Source: Acidobacteriota bacterium (GTDB lineage Bacteria; Acidobacteriota; UBA6911; RPQK01; JADFOI01). From it: DNA of 64,000 bases. The notes beneath the pieces were generated by a model. That model was given only the letters and a program-made list of their open reading frames with translations. It was not told the origin of the DNA and made no database searches. Location of the stretch: positions 576,001-640,000 of the forward strand of contig OY760074.1 of NCBI GenBank assembly GCA_963663035.1, written 5' to 3'. The translations under genes were made by a program, and so were the position numbers. Of this stretch, positions 10,707 through 21,067 are shown one piece after another; position 1 is the stretch's first letter; the number at the start of each line of letters is the position of its first letter.

Positions 10707-10914
10707 AGCCCGCATTTCTCACACCAGGTCGTCGCGAAGCGGCGGAAGGGCCGACCTGACAAGGCGCGCGAGGGGCACCCGCTTGGGGTCGGCCCCCGCA
10801 AACGTACTCTTGAGTACGTTGAGGAGCCGAGGGGTACCCGCTTGCGGGTCGTGCAATGCAGTCAGGTCGGATCATTGCGCCGATGTAGTAGAGAGGGTGT
10901 GAGAAGTGCGGGCT
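10707..10914 (+). mobile_element. MITE-like palindromic element, TIR type A
   Basis: AGCCCGCATTTCTCACACC...GGTGTGAGAAGTGCGGGCT; contains AACGTACTC-TT-GAGTACGTT hairpin. Confidence 0.85.
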
Positions 10915-10927
10915 GATTGTCCCACCT

Positions 10928-11536
10928 GTGGTCAAAAGATCTCACGCGATAACTCCTTTTTGCCTTTCTGCTGCGAGCGCTGCCGGCTTCTTGACTTGGG
11001 ACAATGGCTTGACGGAAACTATCGGGTCCCAGGCCAGAAAATCTCGAAATCTGAAACAGAAACGGAGGAATGAGCTGGATCGTCTGATTCACGCCTTCGT
11101 CACCGGGTTGGGTGCAGGCTACCTGCCCCTGGCCCCAGGAACCTGGGGCTCTCTGGTAGCCCTTTTGCTGGTCTTCCTTCTCCACTGGGTCTTGCCCGCT
11201 CATGAGACGATGGTTCTGGGCGGCTTTGTTGTCTTGTTGACTTTTCCAGCCATTGTCTTGTCAACGCGAGTCTCTCTCTCTGAAAACGATCCTGACCCCT
11301 CAAAGATAGTCATCGATGAGATTCTCGGACAAGTGCTTTGCTTACTGTGGGTTCCCGTGTCCATGGTCTCTCTTGTTGCCGGGTTCTTCCTGTTCCGGTT
11401 CTTTGATATTGTGAAGCCGTTTCCCGTCCGCAACAGTGAGAAATTACCAGGAGGAGTTGGTATCGTCTGTGATGACCTGATTGCAGGTCTCTATGCAGGA
11501 TTGTCATTGAAAATTCTGGTCTCTCTCAGCGGTTGA
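10928..11536 (+). CDS. pgpA: Phosphatidylglycerophosphatase A (true start probably near 11070)
   Basis: GLGAGYLPLAPGTWGS, DPSKIVIDEILG, FRFFDIVKP, GIVCDDLIAG. Confidence 0.92.
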   Translation: MVKRSHAITPFCLSAASAAGFLTWDNGLTETIGSQARKSRNLKQKRRNELDRLIHAFVTGLGAGYLPLAPGTWGSLVALLLVFLLHWVLPAHETMVLGGFVVLLTFPAIVLSTRVSLSENDPDPSKIVIDEILGQVLCLLWVPVSMVSLVAGFFLFRFFDIVKPFPVRNSEKLPGGVGIVCDDLIAGLYAGLSLKILVSLSG

Positions 11537-11557
11537 AACCTGGAACCTGGAGTCGTC

Positions 11558-12790
11558 ATGCGGGCAGAAATTATCGCTGTCGGGACTGAGCTCTTAACCC
11601 CTTCTCGGGTCGAAACCAATTCTCTCTTCATCACGAAAAAGCTCAATGAGTTCGGCCTTAAAGTGATGCGAAAGTTTGTTGTGGGGGATCGGGAAGAGGA
11701 GATCGTAGGGGCCCTGGTGAGTGCTTTGAAAGGTTCCGAGGTTGTCATCGTTTCGGGCGGCCTGGGTCCCACTCATGATGATATTACCCGTGAGATCGTT
11801 GCAAAGGCCCTGGGACGAAAACTGGCACGAGATTCCGCCATTCTTGAGGAATTGAGGCTCCGCTACCAAAAATTTGCCCTCAAGATGACGGACAACAACC
11901 TGCGGCAAGCAATGGTGCCTGAAGGCGCTGTACCGATGGAGAACCCCAATGGCACAGCTCCCGGGCTGTTCATGAAGGAAGGAAAGACACTGCTCTTTCT
12001 TCTGCCGGGGCCTCCCCTCGAATTGGAGCCCATGATGAGTCAAGTCATGGACTTGATTGGCCAACATAAGCAGGCTTCCCGGCCTCTTTACCAGCGGCTC
12101 AGAGTGGCCTCAGAAACGGAGTCTGGGATAGATTCCGCGATTGGCTCAATCTACAAGTCGTATTCCTCGATTGAAACCACGATTCTCTCTTCTCCAGGTC
12201 TTATCGAACTTCTCTTCTTCTGGGTCGGTGAAGCGAATGAGCAACTGGCAGAAGAGCAACTGCAGGAACTGGTGGGCCGCGTCCGAGAAAAGCTGGGTCA
12301 TGCCATATTCACCGACCAGGAGGAGGATTTGGGAGAGGTGGTTGGACGAATCCTCCGCGACAAAGGTATGACCGTGGCAACTGCTGAATCCTGTACAGGC
12401 GGGCTGCTGGGTAAGATGATGACCGATGTGCCTGGCAGCTCCGACTATTATCTGGGTGGAGTGGTTTGTTACAGCGATGCCTTAAAGGTGGATCTTCTCG
12501 GTGTTAGTGAGACCTCTCTGGAACGCTTTGGAGCGGTCAGCGAACAGGTAGCGGCTCAGATGGCTGTGGGAATCCGAAGGGACACTTCCGCAGATCTGGG
12601 TCTTTCGGTTACGGGAATCGCAGGTCCGGGAGGCGAAACCACGGAAAAGCCGGTGGGACTGGTCTTGATTGGGCTGTCCAGTGATCAGGAGACCCGCGTG
12701 AAAAGGATCCAAATGGCCGGTCCACGCGAGGCCAACCGGATTCGAGCTTCACGCTTTGCCTTGGACTGGGTGAGAAGGAGTCTCCTGTAA
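11558..12790 (+). CDS. cinA: Competence/damage-inducible protein CinA (NMN deamidase domain)
   Basis: AEIIAVGTELL, GGLGPTHDDIT, AESCTGG, TGIAGPGG. Confidence 0.95.
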   Translation: MRAEIIAVGTELLTPSRVETNSLFITKKLNEFGLKVMRKFVVGDREEEIVGALVSALKGSEVVIVSGGLGPTHDDITREIVAKALGRKLARDSAILEELRLRYQKFALKMTDNNLRQAMVPEGAVPMENPNGTAPGLFMKEGKTLLFLLPGPPLELEPMMSQVMDLIGQHKQASRPLYQRLRVASETESGIDSAIGSIYKSYSSIETTILSSPGLIELLFFWVGEANEQLAEEQLQELVGRVREKLGHAIFTDQEEDLGEVVGRILRDKGMTVATAESCTGGLLGKMMTDVPGSSDYYLGGVVCYSDALKVDLLGVSETSLERFGAVSEQVAAQMAVGIRRDTSADLGLSVTGIAGPGGETTEKPVGLVLIGLSSDQETRVKRIQMAGPREANRIRASRFALDWVRRSLL

Positions 12791-13362
12791 AGCGTATCCG
12801 GGCCTTCATTGCTATTGCCGTTCCTGAGTCTGTCCTGAGGCGCTGCCAGGAAATCGGTGCTGATCTCAGAAAGCTGAACCTGGAAGGACGGTTTGCACAG
12901 ATCCAATCCCTTCATCTCACCCTTCAATTTCTGGGGAATATTGAAGAGGCCAAGCTGGCAGGAATAGGTGAGGTTTTAGAAAACGCTGGAAGGGAGGTTG
13001 CTTCCTTCCAGGTAGAGATCTGCCAGTTGGGTGCTTTTCCGCATCTTGCTCGTCCGCGGGTGGTGTGGGTTGGCGTAGAACCCATCGATGCGCTTAAGGA
13101 ACTGCAGAGCAAAATCCAGCAACGCCTCGAGCGCTTGGGTTTTCCCAAAGAAAATCGTGAGTTTCACCCACACCTGACTCTGCTGAGACTGAAGTCGCGA
13201 AAAAACCTGGCTGAGCTGACCCAATATGTCCAAGGTGAGGGAGCTCACCAGAAGGCAGGAAGCATCAGAGTCCAGGAGATCCATCTTTATCAGAGCATCC
13301 TGAGGCCCGAGGGAGCTGAGTACCGTAAATTATTGACCGCCAGACTCAAGGGCCCAGCATGA
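12787..13362 (+). CDS. thpR: RNA 2',3'-cyclic phosphodiesterase (2H family); no canonical start codon
   Basis: Frame open from 12787: (V)KRIRAFIAI...LHLTLQFLG...FHPHLTL, two HxT motifs; AGGAG at 12776-12780. Confidence 0.88.
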   Translation, partial: VKRIRAFIAIAVPESVLRRCQEIGADLRKLNLEGRFAQIQSLHLTLQFLGNIEEAKLAGIGEVLENAGREVASFQVEICQLGAFPHLARPRVVWVGVEPIDALKELQSKIQQRLERLGFPKENREFHPHLTLLRLKSRKNLAELTQYVQGEGAHQKAGSIRVQEIHLYQSILRPEGAEYRKLLTARLKGPA

Positions 13363-13437
13363 ATTCGGCACCTGAGGTGCCTTCCACATTTGGCACCTGA
13401 GGTGCCTCCCACATTCGGTACCTGAAGTGCTTCCCAC
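13363..13437 (-). repeat. Three tandem 25-bp REP-like palindromes
   Basis: ATTCGGCACCTGAGGTGCCT(T/C)CCAC x3; reverse strand GTGGGAGGCACC-TCA-GGTGCCGAA. Confidence 0.85.
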
Positions 13438-13499
13438 GCACCTTCGCCTTCCCTCCAGGGTACTGACTCGGGTATCCTTGATAGGGAAGGGAGTCAGTT

Positions 13500-13688
13500 A
13501 TGGCCATTGATCAGGAACTGCTCGACATTCTGGCCTGTCCAGCCTGTAAGGCCGAGGTCAAGCTCACTTCGGATGATCAAGGACTCAAGTGTGTCTCCTG
13601 TCACCGGGTTTATCCGATTCGCGACGACATTCCGGTGATGCTCATTGATGAGGCCAAGATCGAGCCTCCTGAAGAGACACCTCAGTAG
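13500..13688 (+). CDS. Trm112-family protein
   Basis: LLDILACPACK...YPIRDDIPVMLIDEA. Confidence 0.92.
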   Translation: MAIDQELLDILACPACKAEVKLTSDDQGLKCVSCHRVYPIRDDIPVMLIDEAKIEPPEETPQ

Positions 13689-13691
13689 TAG

Positions 13692-14744
13692 ATGACAGGA
13701 TTAAACTTGCAAGAGTCACCTCCTGAAGACTCCGGGCACTCCCGAGTCCTCTTTACGCGGCTTCGCTCTCTGGGTGACACGGTCTTGATGACTCCCATGC
13801 TCACCGTCATGAAAAGGGTGCCGGGCTGGAAGGTCGGGGTGGTCATTGAGACGCCCTATGAGCAAGTCTTGCGAGACAATCCCAATATAGACTGCATTTT
13901 TGTGATTGAGAACCACCGAAACCGCTGGATAGCACGCTTGCGGACGATGCGCAAAATCCGTGCTTTTCGACCGACTCTGGCGATTGATCTGCACGGTGGG
14001 ACCACAAGTGCCCTTATCACCGCCTTTTCCGGTGCCCAAAAAAGCGTAGGATACCGGCACAGCCGCCATTCCTACCTTTACAACATCAAGGTTCCGGATT
14101 CTCGGGAAATCTGGGGGCGAGAGCAGGTTCACACGGTTGAGCACCAGCTCTCGATTTTGAAACACTTAGGATTTCCTGTCGAACCGATCCCGCCTCCTGA
14201 GATTCCCCTTGATGGCGAAGGTCTTGAGTCGATGAAAGATCTGCTCGCTGGCCAGGGAGTCACGGATGGATTCATTTTGATTCATCCTGCCGCAGCTTTT
14301 GACACCAAGCAGTGGGACGCCCAGAAGTTTGCCTTGCTGGCCACCCGGCTGGTTGAAACAGGTCAGGAGGTGGTGGTTACAGCAGGCCCGGGAGAAGGCC
14401 AGGTGCTTGAAGAGATCAGAGAACACTGTTCTTCGCGGGTTCGCTTCATTGAGCCACTTCCCCTTCGAAAGTTCTCGGCCCTAACTTCGCTGTGCAGTCT
14501 TTATGTAGGTAATGACACGGGTTCCACTCATATTGTTGCGGCACAGGGGAAGAAAATCGTTGTGATCTTTGGATCTTCTGATTTTAAGGTCTGGTATCCC
14601 TGGAACACTGAGCATCAATTGATCAAGTCGGATCTTCCCTGTATGCCCTGTCCCGGCTATTTCTGTCTTCACTTCGATGAGCCCCGCTGTATCCGTTCTA
14701 TTCCAGTTGAACCGGTCTTGGAGGCAGTTCAGTCGATGTTATGA
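13692..14744 (+). CDS. Glycosyltransferase family 9 (LPS heptosyltransferase-like)
   Basis: RLRSLGDTVL, DLHG, GNDTGSTH, CMPC...C. Confidence 0.9.
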   Translation: MTGLNLQESPPEDSGHSRVLFTRLRSLGDTVLMTPMLTVMKRVPGWKVGVVIETPYEQVLRDNPNIDCIFVIENHRNRWIARLRTMRKIRAFRPTLAIDLHGGTTSALITAFSGAQKSVGYRHSRHSYLYNIKVPDSREIWGREQVHTVEHQLSILKHLGFPVEPIPPPEIPLDGEGLESMKDLLAGQGVTDGFILIHPAAAFDTKQWDAQKFALLATRLVETGQEVVVTAGPGEGQVLEEIREHCSSRVRFIEPLPLRKFSALTSLCSLYVGNDTGSTHIVAAQGKKIVVIFGSSDFKVWYPWNTEHQLIKSDLPCMPCPGYFCLHFDEPRCIRSIPVEPVLEAVQSML

Positions 14745-15721
14745 ATACCAGCGATCAGCAAAAGCTCCAGAAGATCATTCAGCGCTTTCCAGATCAACCC
14801 ATTCTGGTCGTGGGAGATCTTATGCTCGACCGCTTTGTGTGGGGTCGAGTCGAGCGTATCTCACCAGAGGCACCGGTGCCGGTGGTGGAGGTAGAAAGGG
14901 AAAGTGTTCATCTTGGCGGTGCCGCCAATGTTGCTTGTAATCTTGCCGCTCTGAAAGCGAGGCCACTTCTGGTGGGCGTTGTCGGTTGTGATGAAGCCGG
15001 GGATAGGCTTGTGGAGGAGCTTCATCGGCAGGAGATCAGCAGCGAAGGGGTGGTTCGAGCCAGTGACCGGACGACCACCATAAAAACTCGGATTCTTGCG
15101 CACCACCAGCAGGTCTGTCGGACCGATCGCGAGTGCAAGGAAACCCTTTCCCAAGGAGTCTTGGGCAAACTGAGAGGGGTTTACCAGACCTTTCTCAACC
15201 AGGCCAAGGGAATCATTCTCTCAGATTACGCTAAAGGAGTGTTGTTGCCGAATCTGGTGGTGGATTTGATCCGGGACTGTCGAGAAGCGAAGAAGTTTCT
15301 TGCCGTGGACCCGAAGGCAGGTGACTTTTCGATTTACCGTGGAGCCTCCCTCATTACTCCCAACAAGAAAGAGGCAGAGCGGGCATCGGGGGTGGAGATT
15401 GTGGATCAATCTTCTTTCATCCAGGCGGGCCAGAAGCTTCTAGAGCTGACCGCTTCTGATTATCTTCTGATCACTCGTGGGGAAGAGGGAATGACACTCT
15501 TTGAGGGTCAGGAGCACTCACATATCCCGACAGTGGCTCGCGAGGTGTTCGATGTCACTGGAGCCGGGGACACGGTGATTGCCTCTCTGACTCTGGCTGT
15601 GGTGGCGGGTGCATCAATGGGCGAGGGCGCCACTTTGGCCAACCATGCGGCGGGTGTGGCCGTTGGTAAATTGGGAACGGCGACGGCCAGCGCAGACGAA
15701 CTTCTCTCCAGCATCGGCTGA
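14741..15721 (+). CDS. hldA: D-glycero-beta-D-manno-heptose-7-phosphate kinase
   Basis: GDLMLD..RISPEAPVPV, SDYAKG, TPNKKE, DVTGAGDT. Confidence 0.92.
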   Translation: MNTSDQQKLQKIIQRFPDQPILVVGDLMLDRFVWGRVERISPEAPVPVVEVERESVHLGGAANVACNLAALKARPLLVGVVGCDEAGDRLVEELHRQEISSEGVVRASDRTTTIKTRILAHHQQVCRTDRECKETLSQGVLGKLRGVYQTFLNQAKGIILSDYAKGVLLPNLVVDLIRDCREAKKFLAVDPKAGDFSIYRGASLITPNKKEAERASGVEIVDQSSFIQAGQKLLELTASDYLLITRGEEGMTLFEGQEHSHIPTVAREVFDVTGAGDTVIASLTLAVVAGASMGEGATLANHAAGVAVGKLGTATASADELLSSIG

Positions 15722-15737
15722 TCCGGGTGCTGAGTGC

Positions 15738-16909
15738 TCATCTCTTGCTTCTACTCGAAGTAAAAAGACCTTCTCGGATGAGCGGCAGCACATCGTGGGT
15801 CCGTCTGAACAGCAGCACCACGGTCAGGACGATATAGAGGATGGAAACTTCAAAGCGGATCTCCGGAGAAATGAGCTGTAACACAAAAAGAAAGAACAGC
15901 ACACCCCCTTCCCAGAGGCTCATCTTCAGGTTCATGAGCACCACCACAGCAAAGATCGATTGGGCGGCGGTCAGAAGAATCTCCTGATCCTGGCGCACAT
16001 CCAGAGGCATCTGGCCAATTTCTCCCAGACTGATGCTGTAGACCAGGGGAATCGTTCCAACCAGGAGTGTCCACTGATTCACTTTGGAAGAAATCAGTGC
16101 TCCCATGGCAGCCTGGGCCTGTCCTCTCAGAGTCCATATGGCTGCGATTATGAACTCCGGCGCCTCGGAAGCGATGGGTGCCAGCCACTGCACTAAAAAG
16201 TATTCATCAATTCCCAAAAGCTCGCCAGAAGAGATCAGTGCTTCTGCAAAGGGTTCCGCGCTGGCGAAAATGGTCATTCCGGAAAAGCCGAAAAGCATCA
16301 CCGTCACCAGCCGGCGTTGGCCCTTCGACAATGCTCCAATGAGTCGCGCGGGCCCTACCAGGTCCGGTTCGTGAACCTCCATCCTAGCCGTGCGCCAGAC
16401 ATATGCTCCAAAAAGTCCCACCAGAAAGAAGCAATCGATGAGGGTGAGCTGGTGTTTGAGAGGGATGATGAAAGCGTAGAGGGTGGCCAGTGTGAGATAA
16501 GAGATCTCCACGCGATTGTTCCGATCCAGCTGAATGGCTTTCCGCCGGAATTTCCAAAAATAGAGGAGCACAATAAAGGGCCAGCCCCCTCCCACCAGCA
16601 GGCGATTGGCGCCCGTCATGTTGGCGGTGCGTACTGGGCATATTGAGGATCGTAGGCAGCAACCCAGGCGAAATACAGGTCGACGGCGTACTCGGGAAGA
16701 ATGGCTATCAGGGCCAGGATGGCCAGTGCCAGACCGCGAGAGATGTCCATCTGAGCCACTTCCGCCGCCCACGATAGCAAGAAGGCCGATCCTAGAATTC
16801 CCAGTCCGAAAAGGACAGAATCCAGGCGAGGATCCACCTGGATGTGATAGAAGCGCATGTAAAGCGCAGGAAGAGTGATGGCCACCGTGAGTGCACTGAA
16901 AAGACGCAT
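15738..16909 (-). pseudogene. Na+/Ca2+ (cation) antiporter family protein, 1-bp frameshift near 16628
   Basis: N-part ILPEYAVDLYFAW joins ANMTGANRLL and PIASEAPEF..LISSKVNQWTLL in another frame; may be a sequencing error. Confidence 0.8.
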
Positions 16910-17030
16910 GGGCTGACCACTTTAGTCTGGGGGGCTGGAGCCAGTCAATGGCGCGCTCCGCGCGCGTGCGGTCGTGCAGTCGTGCAGTCGTGCTTTTCCA
17001 AGATGACCCGATCCAAGTATCTTTCTTCGG

Positions 17031-17106
17031 ATTCGGCACCTGAGGTGCCTCCCACTTTCTGGTTCTTGCGGTCCGTAGAATGTGGGAGCGGCCTCAGGCC
17101 GCGAAA
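17031..17106. repeat. Inverted REP doublet (REPIN-like), same family as 13363-13437
   Basis: ATTCGGCACCTGAGGTGCCTCCCAC ... GTGGGAGCGGCCTCAGGCCGCGAA. Confidence 0.75.
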
Positions 17107-17160
17107 ATGGGGTGGGAATGCCTTGCGCACAACGCTTTTCGAAAGCACGACCGCACGAAC

Positions 17161-18123
17161 TCACAGATGAATTTCCACCAGATCCCCATCTTCCAGGAGA
17201 TAACTTCGCTCCACCATTTGACCGTCGAAGCTTGCCTTGCCCCAGACTCGAGCGAACTTGAAGTTCCTGGCCACGTCTTTGTGCACGGCAGCTGCCACAT
17301 CAGGGAGAGTGCTTCCTCGTTTCAGCACATAAGGAGTAGGATTGTCCTGGGCCTTCTTTCCGGGGGCCTTGGTATAGACGCGGACGATGTCCAGGAAACG
17401 GAACAAACGCTCTGGGATCTTACTGAGATACTCATCGGAAAGGGCAGAGAACGGCTCCGCTCGAAATTTTTCCTGATACAGTTCCTGCCAGACTGAAAAA
17501 TTTTCTTTCCCCTGCTGTCCATCGATTTTGTTCCCGAGCACCATCACGGGAGGGCCTTGTCTGCCGGTGAGAAATATTTCCCGATCCTTGAATACGGTCA
17601 GGACGAACTCGGTCTGCATCAAGAGATTGGGGGCGTTCATGTCGAAAAGCAGCAGTACTGCATCAGCCTGCTTGATCATGGCCAACTGCCACGGCTCCAA
17701 GGTCTCTGGGTCCAGGGGAGGGGTGTCCACAAGCTGAATTTGAATGTCCTCGTAGGTCATCATTCCCGGTAGCGGTCTCTGGGTGGTGTAGGGGTAGTTG
17801 GCCACTTTTGGCTCAGCATGAGTGAGGTTTTCCAGGAGTTGTGATTTGCCACTATTGGGCGGACCGCACAGGACCACTTGTCCTGCCCCTTCTTTTTCGA
17901 CATAGTGAAAGGGTTTTTGAGAAGCTGTCGGTTTCTTCTTTTGCGCTTCTTTTCGTAGACGCGACAGGCGTCGTTTGATGTCCGCCTGCATCTTCTCGGT
18001 TCCCTTATGCTTGGGGATGGTACGAAGCATTTCTTCAAGTGCCTCGACCTTTTGTGGGTAGCTGGAGGCGTTTTTGAAGTTCTGTTCAGCCTGCAGATAT
18101 GCGGCTGTCAAATTGGCCGGCAT
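17161..18123 (-). CDS. DRG/Obg-like GTPase with TGS domain
   Basis: MPANL..IPKHKGTEK, GPPNSGKS, YPYTT, DTPP, NKID, C-terminal TGS. Confidence 0.9.
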   Translation of the reverse strand: MPANLTAAYLQAEQNFKNASSYPQKVEALEEMLRTIPKHKGTEKMQADIKRRLSRLRKEAQKKKPTASQKPFHYVEKEGAGQVVLCGPPNSGKSQLLENLTHAEPKVANYPYTTQRPLPGMMTYEDIQIQLVDTPPLDPETLEPWQLAMIKQADAVLLLFDMNAPNLLMQTEFVLTVFKDREIFLTGRQGPPVMVLGNKIDGQQGKENFSVWQELYQEKFRAEPFSALSDEYLSKIPERLFRFLDIVRVYTKAPGKKAQDNPTPYVLKRGSTLPDVAAAVHKDVARNFKFARVWGKASFDGQMVERSYLLEDGDLVEIHL

Positions 18124-18150
18124 GCTTTTATTATAGGAGTATAGGACTGG

Positions 18151-19212
18151 ATGAGAAAACGCGGCGATTCTGATGACCTTTCTCCCTCCTACGATGTTGC
18201 CAATAGAGAACTCTCCAGCAAGATTGATGAGATTCTTGAAGAGCTCAAGCCCTATCCTCATCTTGACTTGATTCGGGAAATTTTCGTCACCGGAGCTAAG
18301 TTGGCTCGAGAGAACTGCGACCGTGGTGATCTCAAAATTTTGAGGAGTTCCGTCAAGGAGTTGCGTTACGCCTTCACAGTCTTCGCTCCTTTTCGGGATG
18401 TCCCAAAGGTGACCATCTTTGGTTCATCCCGCTCTCTGCCTGAGGATCCGGTGTTTCAAACGGCCGTTCAATTCGGCCGAAAGATCGTTGAAGCCGGATA
18501 CATGGTCATCACCGGAGCAGGCGACGGAATTATGGGAGCTGGACACCTGGGAGCAGGAAGAAAAGACAGTTTCGGGCTGAATATCCTGCTTCCCTTCGAG
18601 CAGACTCCCAATAAGACGATTGCCGGTGACCACAAGCTGATCAACTTTCGATATTTCTTCACTCGAAAGCTCTTCTTCGTGAAAGAGTCTAAGGCGGTGG
18701 TTTTCATGCCGGGTGGTCTGGGAACTCAGGATGAAGGTTTCGAAACTCTCACTCTCGTGCAAACTGGAAGGAGTGAGCCAACTCCGATCGTGATGCTGGA
18801 TGCCCCGGGAGGGACTTACTGGAAGGATTGGAATCAACTTTTTCAAAACCAGTTTATTGGCGGCGGTTATGTTTCTCCCGAGGATGAAGCCCTCTATTTC
18901 ATCACCGACGATGTGGAGGAAGCTTGTCAGGAGATTATTCAGTTCTATAGTGTTTATCATTCTTCTCGTTACGTCGATCACGCACGAACACTGGTCTTGC
19001 GGTTGAAGAAATCTTTGTCCGAGGCATCCATCAAGACCTTGAATGAGGAGTTTCAGGATATTGTCGTGGAGGGTTCGATAGAAAGTTGTGGGCCTTTTCC
19101 AGAAGAGGAGGATGAACCAAAGTTGATGGAACTCCCCCGCCTGAGCCTTTCCTTCAATCGCCGTAATTTTGGTCGCTTGAGACAGTTGCTCGACTGCATC
19201 AATGGGGAATGA
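18151..19212 (+). CDS. LOG-family (TIGR00730-like) nucleotide phosphoribohydrolase
   Basis: IFGSSR, ITGAGDGIM, YFFTRK, PGGLGTQDE. Confidence 0.88.
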   Translation: MRKRGDSDDLSPSYDVANRELSSKIDEILEELKPYPHLDLIREIFVTGAKLARENCDRGDLKILRSSVKELRYAFTVFAPFRDVPKVTIFGSSRSLPEDPVFQTAVQFGRKIVEAGYMVITGAGDGIMGAGHLGAGRKDSFGLNILLPFEQTPNKTIAGDHKLINFRYFFTRKLFFVKESKAVVFMPGGLGTQDEGFETLTLVQTGRSEPTPIVMLDAPGGTYWKDWNQLFQNQFIGGGYVSPEDEALYFITDDVEEACQEIIQFYSVYHSSRYVDHARTLVLRLKKSLSEASIKTLNEEFQDIVVEGSIESCGPFPEEEDEPKLMELPRLSLSFNRRNFGRLRQLLDCINGE

Positions 19213-19224
19213 GTGAGCTAGCCC

Positions 19225-21048
19225 TTACTTCCCCAGCTGGGGAAGGAGGGCTCTGGCAGGTGGATATCCAGCCATCGCTGCCCGACGAATCAGATACCTG
19301 GCCTCAGCGATCTTTTTAGCGCGTAGGCGGCTGACGCCCAGGTTGTACAACACTTCGGGGCGTTCATCGCCCAGCTCCACTGCTTTCCCGAAGACATACT
19401 CAGCTTCTGGAAAACGACCCAGGTGAGAATAGGAGAGCCCCAGCTGGTTATAGGCTTCCGAAGTCTTCGACTGAGTCAGGATCAGTTCCCACTGGCTGGC
19501 GGCCTCCTCATACTGAGCGAGGCGATAGAGGCAGGAGGCAAAATTGATTCGTGCCCAGGTGGCTGTCGGGTCACTCTCCAAGCCTACCCGATATTCCTGG
19601 GCCGCCTGGCTGAGCTCACCGAGCTTCTGATGAGAGTAAGCTATTCGTAGCAGGTATTCGGTTTGAACATCCTCTTTCATCAGCTCCTGGAAAGCTTCCA
19701 GAGCGGCTCTCCAGCTCTTCTGAGACAGGAGACTGAGCGCGTGCCGAAATTTGATGTCCCGAATCTGAAGCTCAATCTCAGTATCGTCGGGGCGAAGGGT
19801 CTCGGCCTTGGCCAGGTACTGGAGTGCTTCTTCTCTCTTTCCCTGGGCATTCAGGCAATGGCTGATGAGTTGCAACAGACCTGGATGGAGAGGGTTTTGG
19901 ATCTCGACCAGGCGGAAATACCTGAGAGCTTCTGCCCAGTCCTCCTGAAGCAGCCGCTGATAGGCGGCAATCAGGGTGTAATTGGGTGTTTGAAATCCGG
20001 ACTCTTCCAACAGCTGGAGAGCTGAATCAAGGAGACCCTGCTCTACTCGGATCCAGGCCCCTTTGTCTCTGGCAGAAGCGTGAAAGGGATCTCGCTCGAG
20101 AATCTGCAGATAAAGCTCGAAAGCCCGGCTCTCCTGACCCAACTTCTGATAGAGATCAGCCAGGAGCATCGTTCCTGTCACAAATTCTGGATGCCTCTGG
20201 ACCACTGGCTCTAGAATGTGAATGGCCTCAGTTTTCTGTCCTCTCATGGCAAATTCTATGGCTGTGATGTACTCCTGGAAGGCCCACCGGAGATCCTGTT
20301 CCCGTATGGCCTCTTCCCTTGCCCTTTCTTCCTGCCCGACCTGCGCATAGAGGTCAGACAGCAGGTTGTGATAGAGGGGATTCTCAGGATCCACTTCGCT
20401 GGCCAGCTCCATGTATTCCAGGGCTTGGAAAGGCTGATCCGCCAGCCGACGTCTCTCACTTAACTCAAAGAGCAGCTGAGGGTCCCGTGGTGCCAGTCGA
20501 TAGGCGAATCTTAACTGTTCCTGGGCGCCTTCAGCTTCACCCTGAGTCTCCAGCAACAGGGCATAGAGTCGACGAGTCCTTGGATCCAGCGGGTTGAGCT
20601 CAACAGCTTGGCGTGCATGATCGAGGGCCGCTTGTTCCTGGCCCTGAGCCATCAACGAAAAAGCCAACCGGTGATGTGCTTCCACGTTTTCTGAACTGTG
20701 GCGCAGAGCTTCTCGAAAGAGGGCAATAGCAGCAGAGAAGCGACCTTGTTGCAATTGAGCTTCTCCGGCGCCACGCAGAACTTCAGAGTCTTCAGGCTGC
20801 TCTTCCAGCGCTCTCTGAAGCAGTTCTTCACCTTCAGCAACCCGTCCCGAGCGCACCAGAAGACTTCCCAATTGGAGCAGGAACTCAGGTTGATCGGGAT
20901 ACTGGTCGAGCCCGGCTTCGAGCACCTCAATCGCTTCGGTCCAGCTATGTAGGAGTACAAGTTGGGAAGCTTGCTGGGTATACTCCTCTACACTCTGGCC
21001 AAAAGCAATTCCCAAGCTAATGGTGAGAACCAAGACTCGTGCAAGCAC
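19225..21048 (-). CDS. Secreted tetratricopeptide repeat protein
   Basis: Many TPR units; GTG at 21048 after AAGGAG; signal-peptide-like N-terminus. Confidence 0.85.
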   Translation of the reverse strand: MLARVLVLTISLGIAFGQSVEEYTQQASQLVLLHSWTEAIEVLEAGLDQYPDQPEFLLQLGSLLVRSGRVAEGEELLQRALEEQPEDSEVLRGAGEAQLQQGRFSAAIALFREALRHSSENVEAHHRLAFSLMAQGQEQAALDHARQAVELNPLDPRTRRLYALLLETQGEAEGAQEQLRFAYRLAPRDPQLLFELSERRRLADQPFQALEYMELASEVDPENPLYHNLLSDLYAQVGQEERAREEAIREQDLRWAFQEYITAIEFAMRGQKTEAIHILEPVVQRHPEFVTGTMLLADLYQKLGQESRAFELYLQILERDPFHASARDKGAWIRVEQGLLDSALQLLEESGFQTPNYTLIAAYQRLLQEDWAEALRYFRLVEIQNPLHPGLLQLISHCLNAQGKREEALQYLAKAETLRPDDTEIELQIRDIKFRHALSLLSQKSWRAALEAFQELMKEDVQTEYLLRIAYSHQKLGELSQAAQEYRVGLESDPTATWARINFASCLYRLAQYEEAASQWELILTQSKTSEAYNQLGLSYSHLGRFPEAEYVFGKAVELGDERPEVLYNLGVSRLRAKKIAEARYLIRRAAMAGYPPARALLPQLGK

Positions 21049-21067
21049 AACTCCTTCTAGTTTAACG

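Noticed and set aside
13363-13437. Three palindromic 25-bp repeats as a mini-CRISPR
   Set aside because: No spacers between units and no cas genes; a solo copy at 17031 fits REP behaviour
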